DNA from: Amoebophrya sp. A120
Lineage: Eukaryota; Protista; Dinoflagellata
Reading direction: 5' to 3'
Assembly: GCA_905178155.1 (NCBI GenBank)
Contig: CAJINV010000007.1
Location: 3,267,151 to 3,331,150, forward strand
Length of the DNA: 64,000 bases
Numbering within the stretch: position 1 is the stretch's first letter; the number at the start of each line of letters is the position of its first letter. Under the pieces are notes generated by a model that saw only the letters and a list, made by a program, of their open reading frames with translations, searched no databases and had not been told where the DNA came from. Shown one piece after another: positions 12,401 to 23,500 of this stretch. The position numbers and the translations under genes were made by a program.

Positions 12401-15310
12401 AGGTGCTTGGGCGCAGAGCCCCTTCCCCCAAAAGTGGCAATTTGTAATGCGCGTTTCGCATTACAAATGGCCTTCTTTTATGACCCGTCTTGGGCTCGCT
12501 CTCCGGGCCAGGTCACAAATCTGAGCCCCTGGATCAGCAGAATGCCGTGCTGTGAGGGTTCAGATTTATGATGCAAAACGTGGCTCCGCGAAAAAAGTCT
12601 GCACCTCGGCAATGAGGTCCCCAAGTGGAGGTGCAGACGTTTTTCGCGCGGGGGGGGACAAGTGGGGCAGATAGCTCGTGTTTGTCTGCGCCGCGAAAAA
12701 AGTCTGCACCTCCGAAATTGGCCTCCAGATGAGGTGTCCTCGGACACCTCTTCGGAGCCCTCCCGAGTCGCGGACCTCCGGGGCGACAAATTTTGGCCGC
12801 CCTTTTCGCATTGCCCCGACCTGAATCGAGCTCAATTTGCAGGCAGAAGCCTGCAATTTGAGCTCATCCCCGAAACGACCTCCTCCGAGGCCGCGAGGTT
12901 CGAACCAAAAGCGAGCCGCTGCTTCAGCAGATTCAGCTCATTCCCAAACAAGACACGCACTAGGCAAATCGTCAGGAATCAGGAGGGAGTGTGGGAACTT
13001 GAAGAACTACAACTGCGAACCCGGGTGGACGACGTCCACCGATACCGAAGCACAGAGTCCCCTGGTGGCTGAGCTGTCTCCTCTGCTTCGTCCGCCGAGG
13101 CCTTGCCGGAATACCTGGCCTGCCCATTTCCTTGCTTTCGTTTCATTGTGGAAAAAAATAAACACACAAGAAGGTGCCCGAAAAAGTAGGATGCAAAAAT
13201 TTTGATTTTTTTTGCTGCAGACATTTTTCCACAGCAACTCTTCCAAGACTACATGTACCGCCCATTGCCTGACCGGAGCAGCACCGCATCTATTTTCCAT
13301 ACCACCGGAAGTGGATTTTTGGATGACAAGAGTGGCCTCGTCACAACTCCAGGACCGGCGGCGCATAGTCCCTCCGCGTCCTTCCTTCGGACGAGCTCCA
13401 GAGACGGTCGTGATCTCGATGAAATGCACAAGAATATAATTACCGCTACAGCACACCAGAGCTTCTACAAAAATCGGGTCCGTTCGACCGAGCGGCTGGC
13501 GTTGTTGAAGAGTCACAAGGCGGAACTCCCCGCGCCGCCTTCCAGATACAGCAGTAATTGGCGGGTGTCTACGGAATCCGGCAGGCTGGAGCAAGTGTCC
13601 GAGTGGCGCCGGGAGTTCTTGCCCGATTTGCGCGACTCGGCGTTCGACGCCCACAGCCCGCTGCTCGGCCGGAGCGGTGGCGAGGGCAGCGCGACCCACG
13701 GTCGTGAGACAGTGGTGCAGCGCGGCCGCAGCCGTCAGCGGATGAACATTAGTGCATTGCGGTTTGCTACTGATAGGTCGGAGATAGGAAATAAACAATC
13801 AGGGAACAATTTTCATGCTGCAACTTTTCCAATTGCAGCTCCCTCCGGCTCGTCGGCTTTGTCTTCAGCCGCAGCCACTTTCGAAGTAGTAGGCGACAGG
13901 GGCGGCACGGGCACCGGATCGGCAGCGGTAGCGACACAGGATGCTTGTTCTGCAATTGTAGACGGTCGTCCACTACTGGGTGTGCACCACGAGCAAGGAG
14001 TTGTTGGAAATGCAAATGACGAAGAAATTTTTGGAGGGGAGATTTTCGACGCAGGCGAAGATCATGCGAGGATTGTAGACACGGATCAATCAGCGGGACC
14101 GGTTTTCCACGCGAGAAACGTGCTGGGCATTCCGGGACAGAAGTTCAACGTGCCGGGTACTTTTTCTGGAAACTTCTCATGATTTTTTGTCTGTAGTTTT
14201 CGGGCAATACTTCTGAGTAGACTCTGCTAGATGCTATGTTTTCTTCCTGTCAACTACCTACACTTTGTTTGATAGAGATACAGCATAGGCAAGTTGACCG
14301 CACAAAATAAACTCCCTGAAACAATATACAATCACAGTGCTTCCCGACGTGGTGTCCCAGATTTTCCCTCTCGAGCGTTGGGGCGACTTCACGCTCCCCA
14401 CGGGAATTGCGCACACAGGATCCGCAGGAGTTAAAATCCACGGACAATTGTCCGCCTCGGTTGACAGTCTCGGCCTGAGTCGCGATCATGTAGTTGCACA
14501 ACAACTTCAGGGAAGTAGAAGAACAGTTGAGGTGGAACAAGAAATGGAAAATATTAACCAAAGCGCACACGACGTCGAGGTGAATGCTAATGATCCGCAG
14601 CTATCAACGAAAACCAACTATTTTGGTTTACGACATCAGCACCAGAGAAACACTTCTCCCTCCACATCCCTCGGCGCGGCGGCGTTGACCTACGCCAAGA
14701 TCGACGTCTCGGCCGACGGCCGGGAATTTTTGTTCACGAATAATTCGAGGACGTTGGTGAAGCCAAAATCCCGACCCTTGGACACCCTGCCCGTGACGCT
14801 GGACCCGCACGTCCGCACACAGAGGAGGCTCGAAGTCAGAAGAACTCGGGGCCGGCAGCCCGACCGGAGTGTGTCACCCGGAGGAGGTAGTCCCTCCGCC
14901 GCAAGCAGGTCGCCGTCGGTGCAGATAGCCGGGGGGCTGCGTGGGTTTTTTTACTGACACGAACTACTGAAGCATATCAGTGGCTTTATCCTAGAGGAGA
15001 ATCATAAGATAAGGAGCGTCTTATGACTTCAATTTTTTTGTCTTCATTGTTCTCGAGGACGCTCCAGATTTTACTTTTAGTTCTTTCTTTAAGTGTTGTA
15101 AGGAGGTCTTCGGGGGTCACCAAGTTCAGCGACAAGGCTGCAGTGGACGTGGAAGATCATTTGTATCTCGTCTCACGATGTCCACGGTGGCTACGCTCGT
15201 TGCGCTCTGCAACTAGCACAAAGATCTCAAGAACAAGCAGGAAGATTTCAATTTCTTGTCGTCGTCTCGCCTCGGTGTCGAACTCCATGCGTTGTCTGTC
15301 TTTGATGTGA
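9491..15310 (+). CDS. Large Ser/Pro-rich low-complexity hypothetical protein interrupted by a TIR element; 3' end approximate
   Basis: ORFs 9491-12118 and 13202-14182 are in the same frame and both contain QQLFQDYMYRPLP because of a 41-bp duplication. A further exon lies at ~14330-14940 and probably another at ~15100-15310. Confidence 0.6.
12113..13229. mobile_element. Introner-like TIR element with truncated right end and 41-bp flanking direct repeat
   Basis: 36-bp inverted repeat 12122-12157 / 13194-13229 (3 mismatches). Identical 41-bp direct repeat 12072-12112 and 13230-13270. Left end TACTAACTTGAAATTTGT fits the window-wide terminal consensus. Confidence 0.85.
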
Positions 15311-15954
15311 ATGTGTTTGATCTGTGTATGTACCACTCTTCTACACAAACACTGTGGTAGGTACTTTCAACCGCAACTATGATTGCAACCGAGGCATAAA
15401 CAATTGACATCGTGTTCGTCGTGATCGTGCTGTAGTTTCTGCTAATCTGCCTCTCTCGATGTGCAAAGGGGGTCGTAGAAGTTCGTGGCATTCGTTTTCG
15501 GGGCATCCGTTTTGTGTGATACAAGCCTGTTAAGATTGTCGTTGTCGTTTTTGTCGTATATACTTAAATAGAGAAATTAAGACTGACTTTCGAAATTGAT
15601 ATTCAACTCGTGGAATCTATCACCATCGCGAAAAAGTAGCTCTCGTTTGCATTATCTCTTGCGTTTCTACTTGGATGGTACACTAAGAACTTTCAGGGCT
15701 AGGGCACCTTGTTCCAGGTGTGACCACACCAGTGACAGGTTTCCTATGTCACTTGAGAGTTTGAGACAATAGTTGTCCACCAAGGCATAGACATGAAGGG
15801 ACGAGATGTTGTTTCGCTTTCTTATTCTTCCAAATACCTCTGCCTGTAGACAATTCAGATGTGATTGTCAATATCACAGACAGATCTCACAGATTGACAA
15901 AGTCCGACAGAGGGCAACAATTTGGGCAGAGAACAATACATAGATCACGGAATC

Positions 15955-18731
15955 ATGATAAACAAGGGCGGTCGTCGACATTTGCTGCGGTGTCATCTCG
16001 TCTTCTCTCGCTTGCGCTGCGTTTCGCTCCTTGTGATCTTCGCTGCATGCTTTGCAACGTTGATTGAGCATGCTGTTATATTAGCAGCTGCGAAAAGTAG
16101 TAGAAGTAGAACAGGATCAGCTACTGATCCAGTCCGAGGGAAAAGTACCCGGGAAGAACAAGACGAACGGCACGAGAAGCAGTACCGACTTCTAGCTACG
16201 CGCCTGACCCGCGTGTTTTCGGCCAAGAATGCGCAAGTCTCCGAGAACGGTCGTCGTCGTGTGGCCGCGAACAAGCAGAACCAAGCAGCGAATTTTCGGA
16301 GAGGGGCAAGCGAAGCAGAAGGAGAAGCTGCCAGTGTGCTTGCGCAAATCAAGCAAGATCATGAGGGGATTACCAGCGCGGCGCGGTGGGAGCAGACCGA
16401 GACTGACAAAAGAACGAGGCGAACCGGGGGAGACCATGCTGACGGTGGAACCGAGTTGCGCGTCTTGCCACAACAACCGCAAGGGGAAGAAGAGAGGACG
16501 ACCGGCGCTGTGTATTCTACGATTTTTACAACCAAAAGTCCAGATGAAGAACCCGGATCGCCTGGACCTGCATTTCAATTTCTGGAAGCGAGGCTCGGAG
16601 AACGTCTGGGTGCGGTAGAGGGCGGACAAGAACAGCACCTAGAACAAGATATTGATTTTGCGCTGGGCAGCAGCCACACCCAGAAAGTAGAACATGCAAA
16701 CTCAGCACCTACCTCGTCGGGGGCCGGCACTGAAACTGGTAGTGGCCTCGCATGGCAGCAAAAGGTGCAGCGACTGGAGGACGTGGTAAGCCAGCTAGGG
16801 GACGTCGTGCGGGAACAGGGAGAGACGATTCGGCACCTGCGGAAAGAGCTAGCAACCCAGCAAGTTTTCCAGAACACGACCGCAGCTCGCATCGGGAGTG
16901 CGGGCGCAGTCAACGAGATCATCGAGCAAAACCACATCGCGTGGTCGCTTGCGAACATGCGCAAGGACTTCGTCGTCATGCTCGTGCTTCTCGTTATTGG
17001 CTATGTGGCTGTGCTGATAGGCTTGGCCTTACCCACAAAGCTTGTGTTTTTTCCGCCCGTACTTTACCTCCCGGCACCGGACGAGGACCCTGTTGAAGAT
17101 CATGTTGACCGCAGTGAACAACAAACAGCGGACGCAGGAGCAGTGGACGCGCTCCGCGAGCAGCGCCAACGACCGGTACGAAAGTTCATGCTGTTGCCGC
17201 GCTCGTTCGCAACGCAAGACACTCTGTCGAGCGTCTGCCAGTTTCAAGACAGCAGCGCGGGCAAGATCTGGACCTCTTGCCTCATCGTCTACGCGGTGTG
17301 TGCGCTCCTCTCTCGGTACACGATGGTTGCCGGTCTCTATCCGTCTTGGTGTTCGAACCCGTCGTGGGCTGCGAAAGATGAGGCTTGGTCGTCCACTACT
17401 CTCCTCAGTTTAAGCGGGATGCCAGCTGGGGAGATGTTGTTTCGCGTCCTCTGGTTGGTGCTTCCGTGCGTGGTCGGCCTCATGCTCACTGCAGCTGTGC
17501 CCAGCACAAGCGACGACGCCCTGCTTCGGGCAACGCAACAGGAAAACACCGAACAAGACGGACAAGTTATGCCTTGTTCTACCGAAGGAGATGTTAATAA
17601 AATGCGCGAAACGGATCTTCCTCGCGTACAAGAATCCGTATCCGATGACGCGATGCAATGCTATCGTGTGCGAAACGCGCGATGGCAAAGAATCATACAC
17701 GTGGTGTGTGCCCCTCTGGCGATGGCAGTGTTGTTAAGTAGTTTTTGAGACCTACTCGCTTGCTATTGGCGAAGGAATCTCGTTGACGGTGGCAATTTTT
17801 GGAACGATCGACGAGCGCTTCGTCGTCGATGAGGAGCGGCTGCTCGTGTGGGCTCGTTATCAGAATCTCGGTGCAAACGGCTGCACGCCCATGGAGCAGT
17901 ACTTGCGTGTGCAGTGGGCACCAACGGTTTTCCGATTTCGCGATCTGTTCCTGCTGTTTTCGTGGATCTTCTGTACTGGATTTGTCGTCGCTCTCTGGTG
18001 CGTCAAAGCTGTTTTTTCGCCCGAAGATCATCGGCCTTCTCAGCGACACAATCACGACCGAAGAACCCCAATCCCCTCGGCAACATCCCCTCCGTTCTTC
18101 CTGCCGTACGACGGAAGTGCCAGCCTTTTGTTGCCGAAGATTGCCTATTCACTGGAAGTTGCAGCAATAATGTGCGTTCTCTGCTTGCCGTTCTTTTCCG
18201 TGATGTACAGCCTGTCCTTTCTCTTTGCCCTACCGCACGGGCACGTTCCCGAAGATTTTCAGCAAGTCTATGGGGTTCTCAAACGTTACATCCTCAACTG
18301 TTACATGGTTTGTCATGCAAAATGACCATAAGCCGCCACACGATCAAGGTGTTTCGCATGGCAAATTTTCGAAGGGCTAAACACCACCTGGATCTGCTCC
18401 AAATTTGTATATGCAAAGCGCGCAATCTTCCCGCGTTCACTTTTGCTGTTCTTGCATGACAAATTCATGTAACAGTTGAGAATGTAACATTTGAGAATCC
18501 CATAAAGTCCTGATCGGCAGCGGGCCAAGTCTGCGGCTCTTTTATGACAATTTCTGGACGGGGGACGAAGGTGAGGAGAGGGGAGCCGGCTTAGCGTACG
18601 GCTGGCTAGACCGGCAGTGCGCGACCAGTTGGGGCACGCACACATGGAGGGACCCGTCAGCATGCCAATGGATTCCGGGCTGGAACCAAACCGAGAATGG
18701 GACTAGTTTGTACTTTTTGGAGTGGAGCTAA
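15955..18731 (+). CDS. Multi-pass membrane protein with N-terminal signal/TM segment and coiled coil; contains an apparent frameshift and an introner (possible pseudogene)
   Basis: ORFs 15922-17748 and 17783-18325 carry several hydrophobic helices and join if one A at 17736-17737 is removed. The frame after the introner is ambiguous (stop at 18594 or 18731). Confidence 0.55.
18269..18504. mobile_element. Introner (family B), 236 bp, TSD AAGTC
   Basis: ~50-bp TIR TATGGGGTTCTCAAACGTTACATCCTCAACTGTTACATG... / ...CATGTAACAGTTGAGAATGTAACATTTGAGAATCCCATA. AAGTC at 18264-18268 and 18505-18509. Confidence 0.9.
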
Positions 18732-19619
18732 ACGCTTGCGCTCAATCCTCTTCGGAGCCTAACCGATTATGCTTCCTCGGAAGCTAGACGCTAGCAAAAC
18801 CGTTATATAGTGCTAGTCTTCGGACTTTAGAAATTAATGGGCCTTCGGGTGATTATCGGACGGCCTCGGCCGGACGAATTGATCAAGATTTGTTGGATTA
18901 GAAATATTACCACTCAGATATATTAATGTTCGTTTTGATTTGAATGTAGCGAGCTAAGACTTGTTGATACCCACAGGCAAAAAAGACCACGAATCAAGTC
19001 AATCTCTGCACTCTTCGGAGGCTACTTTAGTGCTGGCACAAGATTCATCCTTAAAACGCTTGTATTCAATCCTCTTCGGAGACTAATCGAATGTGCTTCC
19101 TCGGAAGCTAGACGCTAGCCGATCCCTTATATAGTGCTAGTCTTCGGACTTTAGAAAATAATGGGCCCTCGGGTGACTATCGGACGGCCTCGACCGGACG
19201 AAGTACCTATTTGCACTTCTGGCAAAAGGTACATCTTCAGCGCGAGGTCATCCCGAGGAAAGTCAGGCCTTTCCGATCATCTAAGGTCCCTCAACATCGC
19301 TTCAACCGGGCAGTAGCAACCGATCTCACGAAAAAAAAACAGATCAGCGCGATCAAAAAGGATCCATCCCGGAAGCAGATCTTTTCTCTCGCGACTCCTC
19401 GGAGTATATTGCGGATTTATACAGAGCTCCTCGGAGACTATTGTTGTAAGGTTCTCAGCACTCCTACTCAAAAACCTATTCTTCCTCCTCGGAGCCTATT
19501 CGATTATGCTTCCTCGGAAGCTAGACGCTAGCCTGTCTCCTCCTTAGCTAGTGCCAGTCTTCGGACTTTTGAAGATAATGGGCCTTCGGGTATCTATCGG
19601 ACGGTCTCGACCGGACGAA
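18730..19619 (+). repeat. Three 149-bp hairpin-rich repeat units (18730-18878, 19054-19202, 19471-19619); candidate structured ncRNA
   Basis: Each unit contains CTC-YTCG-GAG, GCTTC-CTCG-GAAGC, GCTAG-ACG-CTAGC, AGTC-TTCG-GACT, GCC-YTCG-GGT and TCG-GA-CGGY-CTCG-RCCG-GA-CGA hairpins in the same order. Confidence 0.85.
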
Positions 19620-20205
19620 ATACATCGCCCCGGCACTCCTCAGAAGTTCGTCGAGTTTCCAGGGTGTGGCTGTCTCGAGACGATGAAGAAAAACAAAAAC
19701 TGCAGCATACAGCGAACCTTCGCGAAGAAAGAAATTGAAATGCAAGGACCACCGGAGGAAACGGAGTTACTTAAGTCTTTATCTGAATAATGTGCGTTTC
19801 TTGTGTTGGCCCTGTTCGTATCGTGCGGAGGTGCGTATCCCCTCGAGGGTCGGAAGACAATGAAAAGACATGTTTTGTTCTTTTCTGATGTTAGGCATCC
19901 GGCGAGGTGCCAAATCGTAAGTCTGTCAGGTCTCGCGCACTCTATTCCACCAAGCGACTAGAATTCTAATGCACTTCGGTACACTTGCAGAATATGAATA
20001 TGTTATGAGGTTTTTAAATCTCAAAGAAGAGAGCGCTGCTAGTTTTACTATACTTAAGTTCCGTTTATTTTGTGTCGTGGTTACCACGAATCGTTATCGT
20101 TTTCGTTGGGTAATCAATGTAATTGTAAGTAAAGTAGAATCTTCTAGCAAGTGAGTTGAATGGGTCGTAGAATTTCGTGGCACGTCTTTTCGTCTATGTA
20201 TGTTT

Positions 20206-20224
20206 TGTGTGTGTGTGTGTGTGT
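20206..20224. repeat. (TG)n microsatellite
   Basis: Short perfect TG run in intergenic DNA. Confidence 0.8.
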
Positions 20225-20563
20225 TGTTGACTATGCGAAGGAATCCAAAGCCTGTCAAGTGTCAAAACTGTCGCTGTCGTATTTCGTGTCGTGCGGAAGC
20301 AGGAATGGATTTCTATCTGAAGTTGTGAGTTTTCTCGTCAGCGTACCATCGCTGCAGCGCTCTTTCTCACAGTTATTTTTTTTTTGATTTCTATCTAAAC
20401 GAGGCGAGCAAACATTTCTATCTATTAAAAGGAGACGGGGGACCCGGAGGAGTCATCTCACTTCACATTCAGTCCAACAGCATAAAACGTTCACCGTGAT
20501 TGTGTCACTACCTGGCGGAAGTCAGAATCTATTGTTTTTTTCCAGAGCTGCTGCACCGAGAAC

Positions 20564-23500
20564 ATGACGACGATGGAATTCGCAGCAGGAAAGGGCTTGA
20601 GGAAGAGCCGTTCGTGCAGCACCGGGAGCATAGCAAGGTCCTTCAAAGTCGTCTTTTCTCTCCTCCTCAAGGGTTTACTAATGGTTTCCGAGCTGCATCA
20701 TGTGATGGTACGCCGAGCGAAGGCGTTGGTGCCGACTCAGAATAAGCAGGATGATCTTCAGGAAAACATGGCGAGTTCGAAAAGTACTCGACAGCAGCAC
20801 GATCGCTTTTCTCTGCGTCCGCGGTGGATGAAGACGCGCGGAAATCTTCGGGTTCTGCCGCACGAGGACACCAGCGCAAATTATAACCAACCGCAGCAGC
20901 AGCCAATTTTTGTAGGTGTACTACAGGACGACGACGAGCGGTCATCTTCTCCACAGAACAACCCCAAGAACATGCGGCAGGTGCCGCTAGATCCTCTGCC
21001 TCCGGCCGTCTCGAGGACCTCCAATTTTCTGCAGGCCGCGAAGCTGAAGCTGCGTAGTACTCTATTTGTCAACGTGTTTTACTACATTGCGAACCCGAAG
21101 GAAACTGACCAGACGTCGCGCCTCTTGCCTGTGTTTCCGCTCCTCGTGGAAACCTGGTTGGTTCATTTCCGTGCAACATCATCTACGACCTTTATTGGAA
21201 AGAACACTGTAATCAATATCGAGCCCCGTTTGACACTGGTGACGGATGAAAACGTCCGCTCGTTTCTCCCCGACATGCCCGCGGAATTCGACCGGCTTCC
21301 GGACCCGCACAGCAAGTCCGACCTGATTCGCTATGGCCTGCTCTACACCCACGGGGGGATCTACCTTGGCACGGATTTCGTCTTTCAGCGCGACGTGCAT
21401 CCGAACATTTTGCGGTCGCTTGCGCGCGGGGGCTCCTCAGCCGAAGAGGAAAGAAGGGCGAACAATGCTGATGGTGAAGATCGTGGTGCGACAGATGTGA
21501 AGAACAGTACTGAACATATTCCCAGCATTGAGCTATTTTCGTACGAGAATGACAGGCAGAACTGCCGGGGTGGAGCATCTTCAACTACAACTTCTGAGAA
21601 CGAGTCGCAGATGAATCATGAAACCGTTGTGTATCGTCAATTGGCCAGCACAGTCTCCTATTCGATGTTTCGCCACCCACTCTGTTTTGCGCAGCAGCGG
21701 CGTTGGCTGCGGGGCTCCCCAGTGTATCTCTCTTTCGCATTACCTTTTTGGCGCCCCGAACGATTCTCGGGCGGGCTAGGCATCTTTGGTATTGGACGGG
21801 TCGGACCTAGCTCTGTCCGGCGCGATGGATAGCGCAGGTAGCTGTAGGTAGCAGGATTGGGGCCCTGGGGTGGGATGGGCAATTGCTTGGCTTCCGCAAT
21901 CGCTGCGCGTATTAGACGTCCGTGCGTGGATTTTCGTACTTCCACTACTACTTCTACTACTCTGTCTCGGACTGCGAAGTTACCTGGCGGGCTCTGGTAT
22001 AGAGGGCAAACCGACTCCGGGCGGAAGGATTGCGTTTTTTTCTATTGCCGCCACTGTGGAGGTATGCGCTCGTTTCGCGCTGGCCTGGGCGGCGGCCTGG
22101 TTGGTATGGATTCCAGTTTTGGGCTACGTCCTATTCCTTTCGATTCTTTCGAGGATGCGCTCCGGCGCACAGCTTCCGGCATGGACTTTTTCTGTATCGT
22201 AGACGCCTTCCTTCCGGACCTTGGGTTGCTGGGATCTCATGCTTGCGAGCTTGAGGATGGGTTGCTTCTTTCACCGGCTGCTAGCAATGCGCGTCAAGGC
22301 CGCTCTGCTTGCATTTTTCCCTTGGCTCTCTCACTTTGGAGCGGTTCGGGAGCAAGTTGGTGGTGACAGGGAGGGCTACAGGACGGGAGCGGGAGCAGCT
22401 CCTTCCGCTATTTATTATCGGGGGGCACCAGGTACGACCCAGCGTGACACCGACTTAGCGCCAGAGGCAGCGCTAGGGTAGGGAGTCTGGGCAGTTTTTC
22501 TGGTCTCCGAGACTTTACTCGTCTGAGGTTTTCGGCTCGGCAGTGGCGTTTTTGCGGCTGGTCTATTTGGTCAAGCAGGGTCTTTGTCATCTTGTCTGCG
22601 CGGTTCGGGGTGTTTTCGTACATAGGAGGCATGAGCGGCTACGGCCTCCGGGGGTGCGGGTAACTGAGAACGAGTCGCAGATGAATCATGAAACCCTATA
22701 TACTATACGGCAAGAAATGCGTTTGGCGTATCGCTTGATTTCTACTAGTAAAAATCTTACTAGTAAAGAAAAGCTGAAAACTTTTACTAGTAAGAAGTGT
22801 TACTAGTAAATTTAACGGGACAGGAAAGCAAAAATTCTACTAGTAGAACGGGGACGGGCTACTAGTAGAGCGCGTACTAGTAGAAATCTGGGCAAAACCC
22901 AAAGCGCGAACGCCGAGGCCTCTGCGGGCGCCGAGGTGGTCTGAAACAAGCGCACCCAGATCGCGCGTTGTCCCGCAAAAAAGCCTCGCTGCGAGCCTGC
23001 GGCGCGCCGCTTGTGCGTGTTGCCGGCTTCCCTTGCCCCTTGCGAAGAAACTCGCAGCGGGCAGGCCGCCGCCGTGCTCTCGGGTGGGTGGCGGTGCGGG
23101 GTGCGGGGGACGGTGTGGGGCGCTTTGCAGAAGGGAGGGAGGTCCGGGAGAGGCGAATGTTGGCCCTTGGGGCAGTGGGGGCGCGGCGCGGGTTATTGCA
23201 ATTGCGTGCGCGGCCCTTGGCGCTGCCAACGGAGGCGCAGGGGCAGGGGGCCAGAGTAATATTGGCTGCGCGACTGCAGCAAGGGATGGTGCTGCGCCTG
23301 GTGTTGCCTTCCTTTGCCCCGCGGGGCCGGCCCCCACCCGGGTGCGGGTATTCCTGCCTTTCGGAAGGGCAGGCCGCCCCTTTTCTCTAACCCCGCTCGC
23401 CTTTCATGCGCATCGCGGGCTCCCACTCCCGCCGCGGTGGGTGGGCCGCTGCGCATGGCTGGCCCGTCCCTTCGCGTAAGTAGGGTCTCTTATGCCGCGG

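Noticed and set aside
18810-18878. U6 snRNA or hammerhead ribozyme in the hairpin repeats
   Set aside because: GTGCT..TTCGG resembles the U6 5' stem but there is no ACAGAGA box, and no CTGANGA core precedes the GAA(A).
21594-21625. 32-bp repeat as sequencing adapter, tRNA fragment or dinoflagellate spliced leader
   Set aside because: It does not match the Nextera or 454 linkers I know, a tRNA cloverleaf, or DCCGTAGCCATTTTGGCTCAAG.
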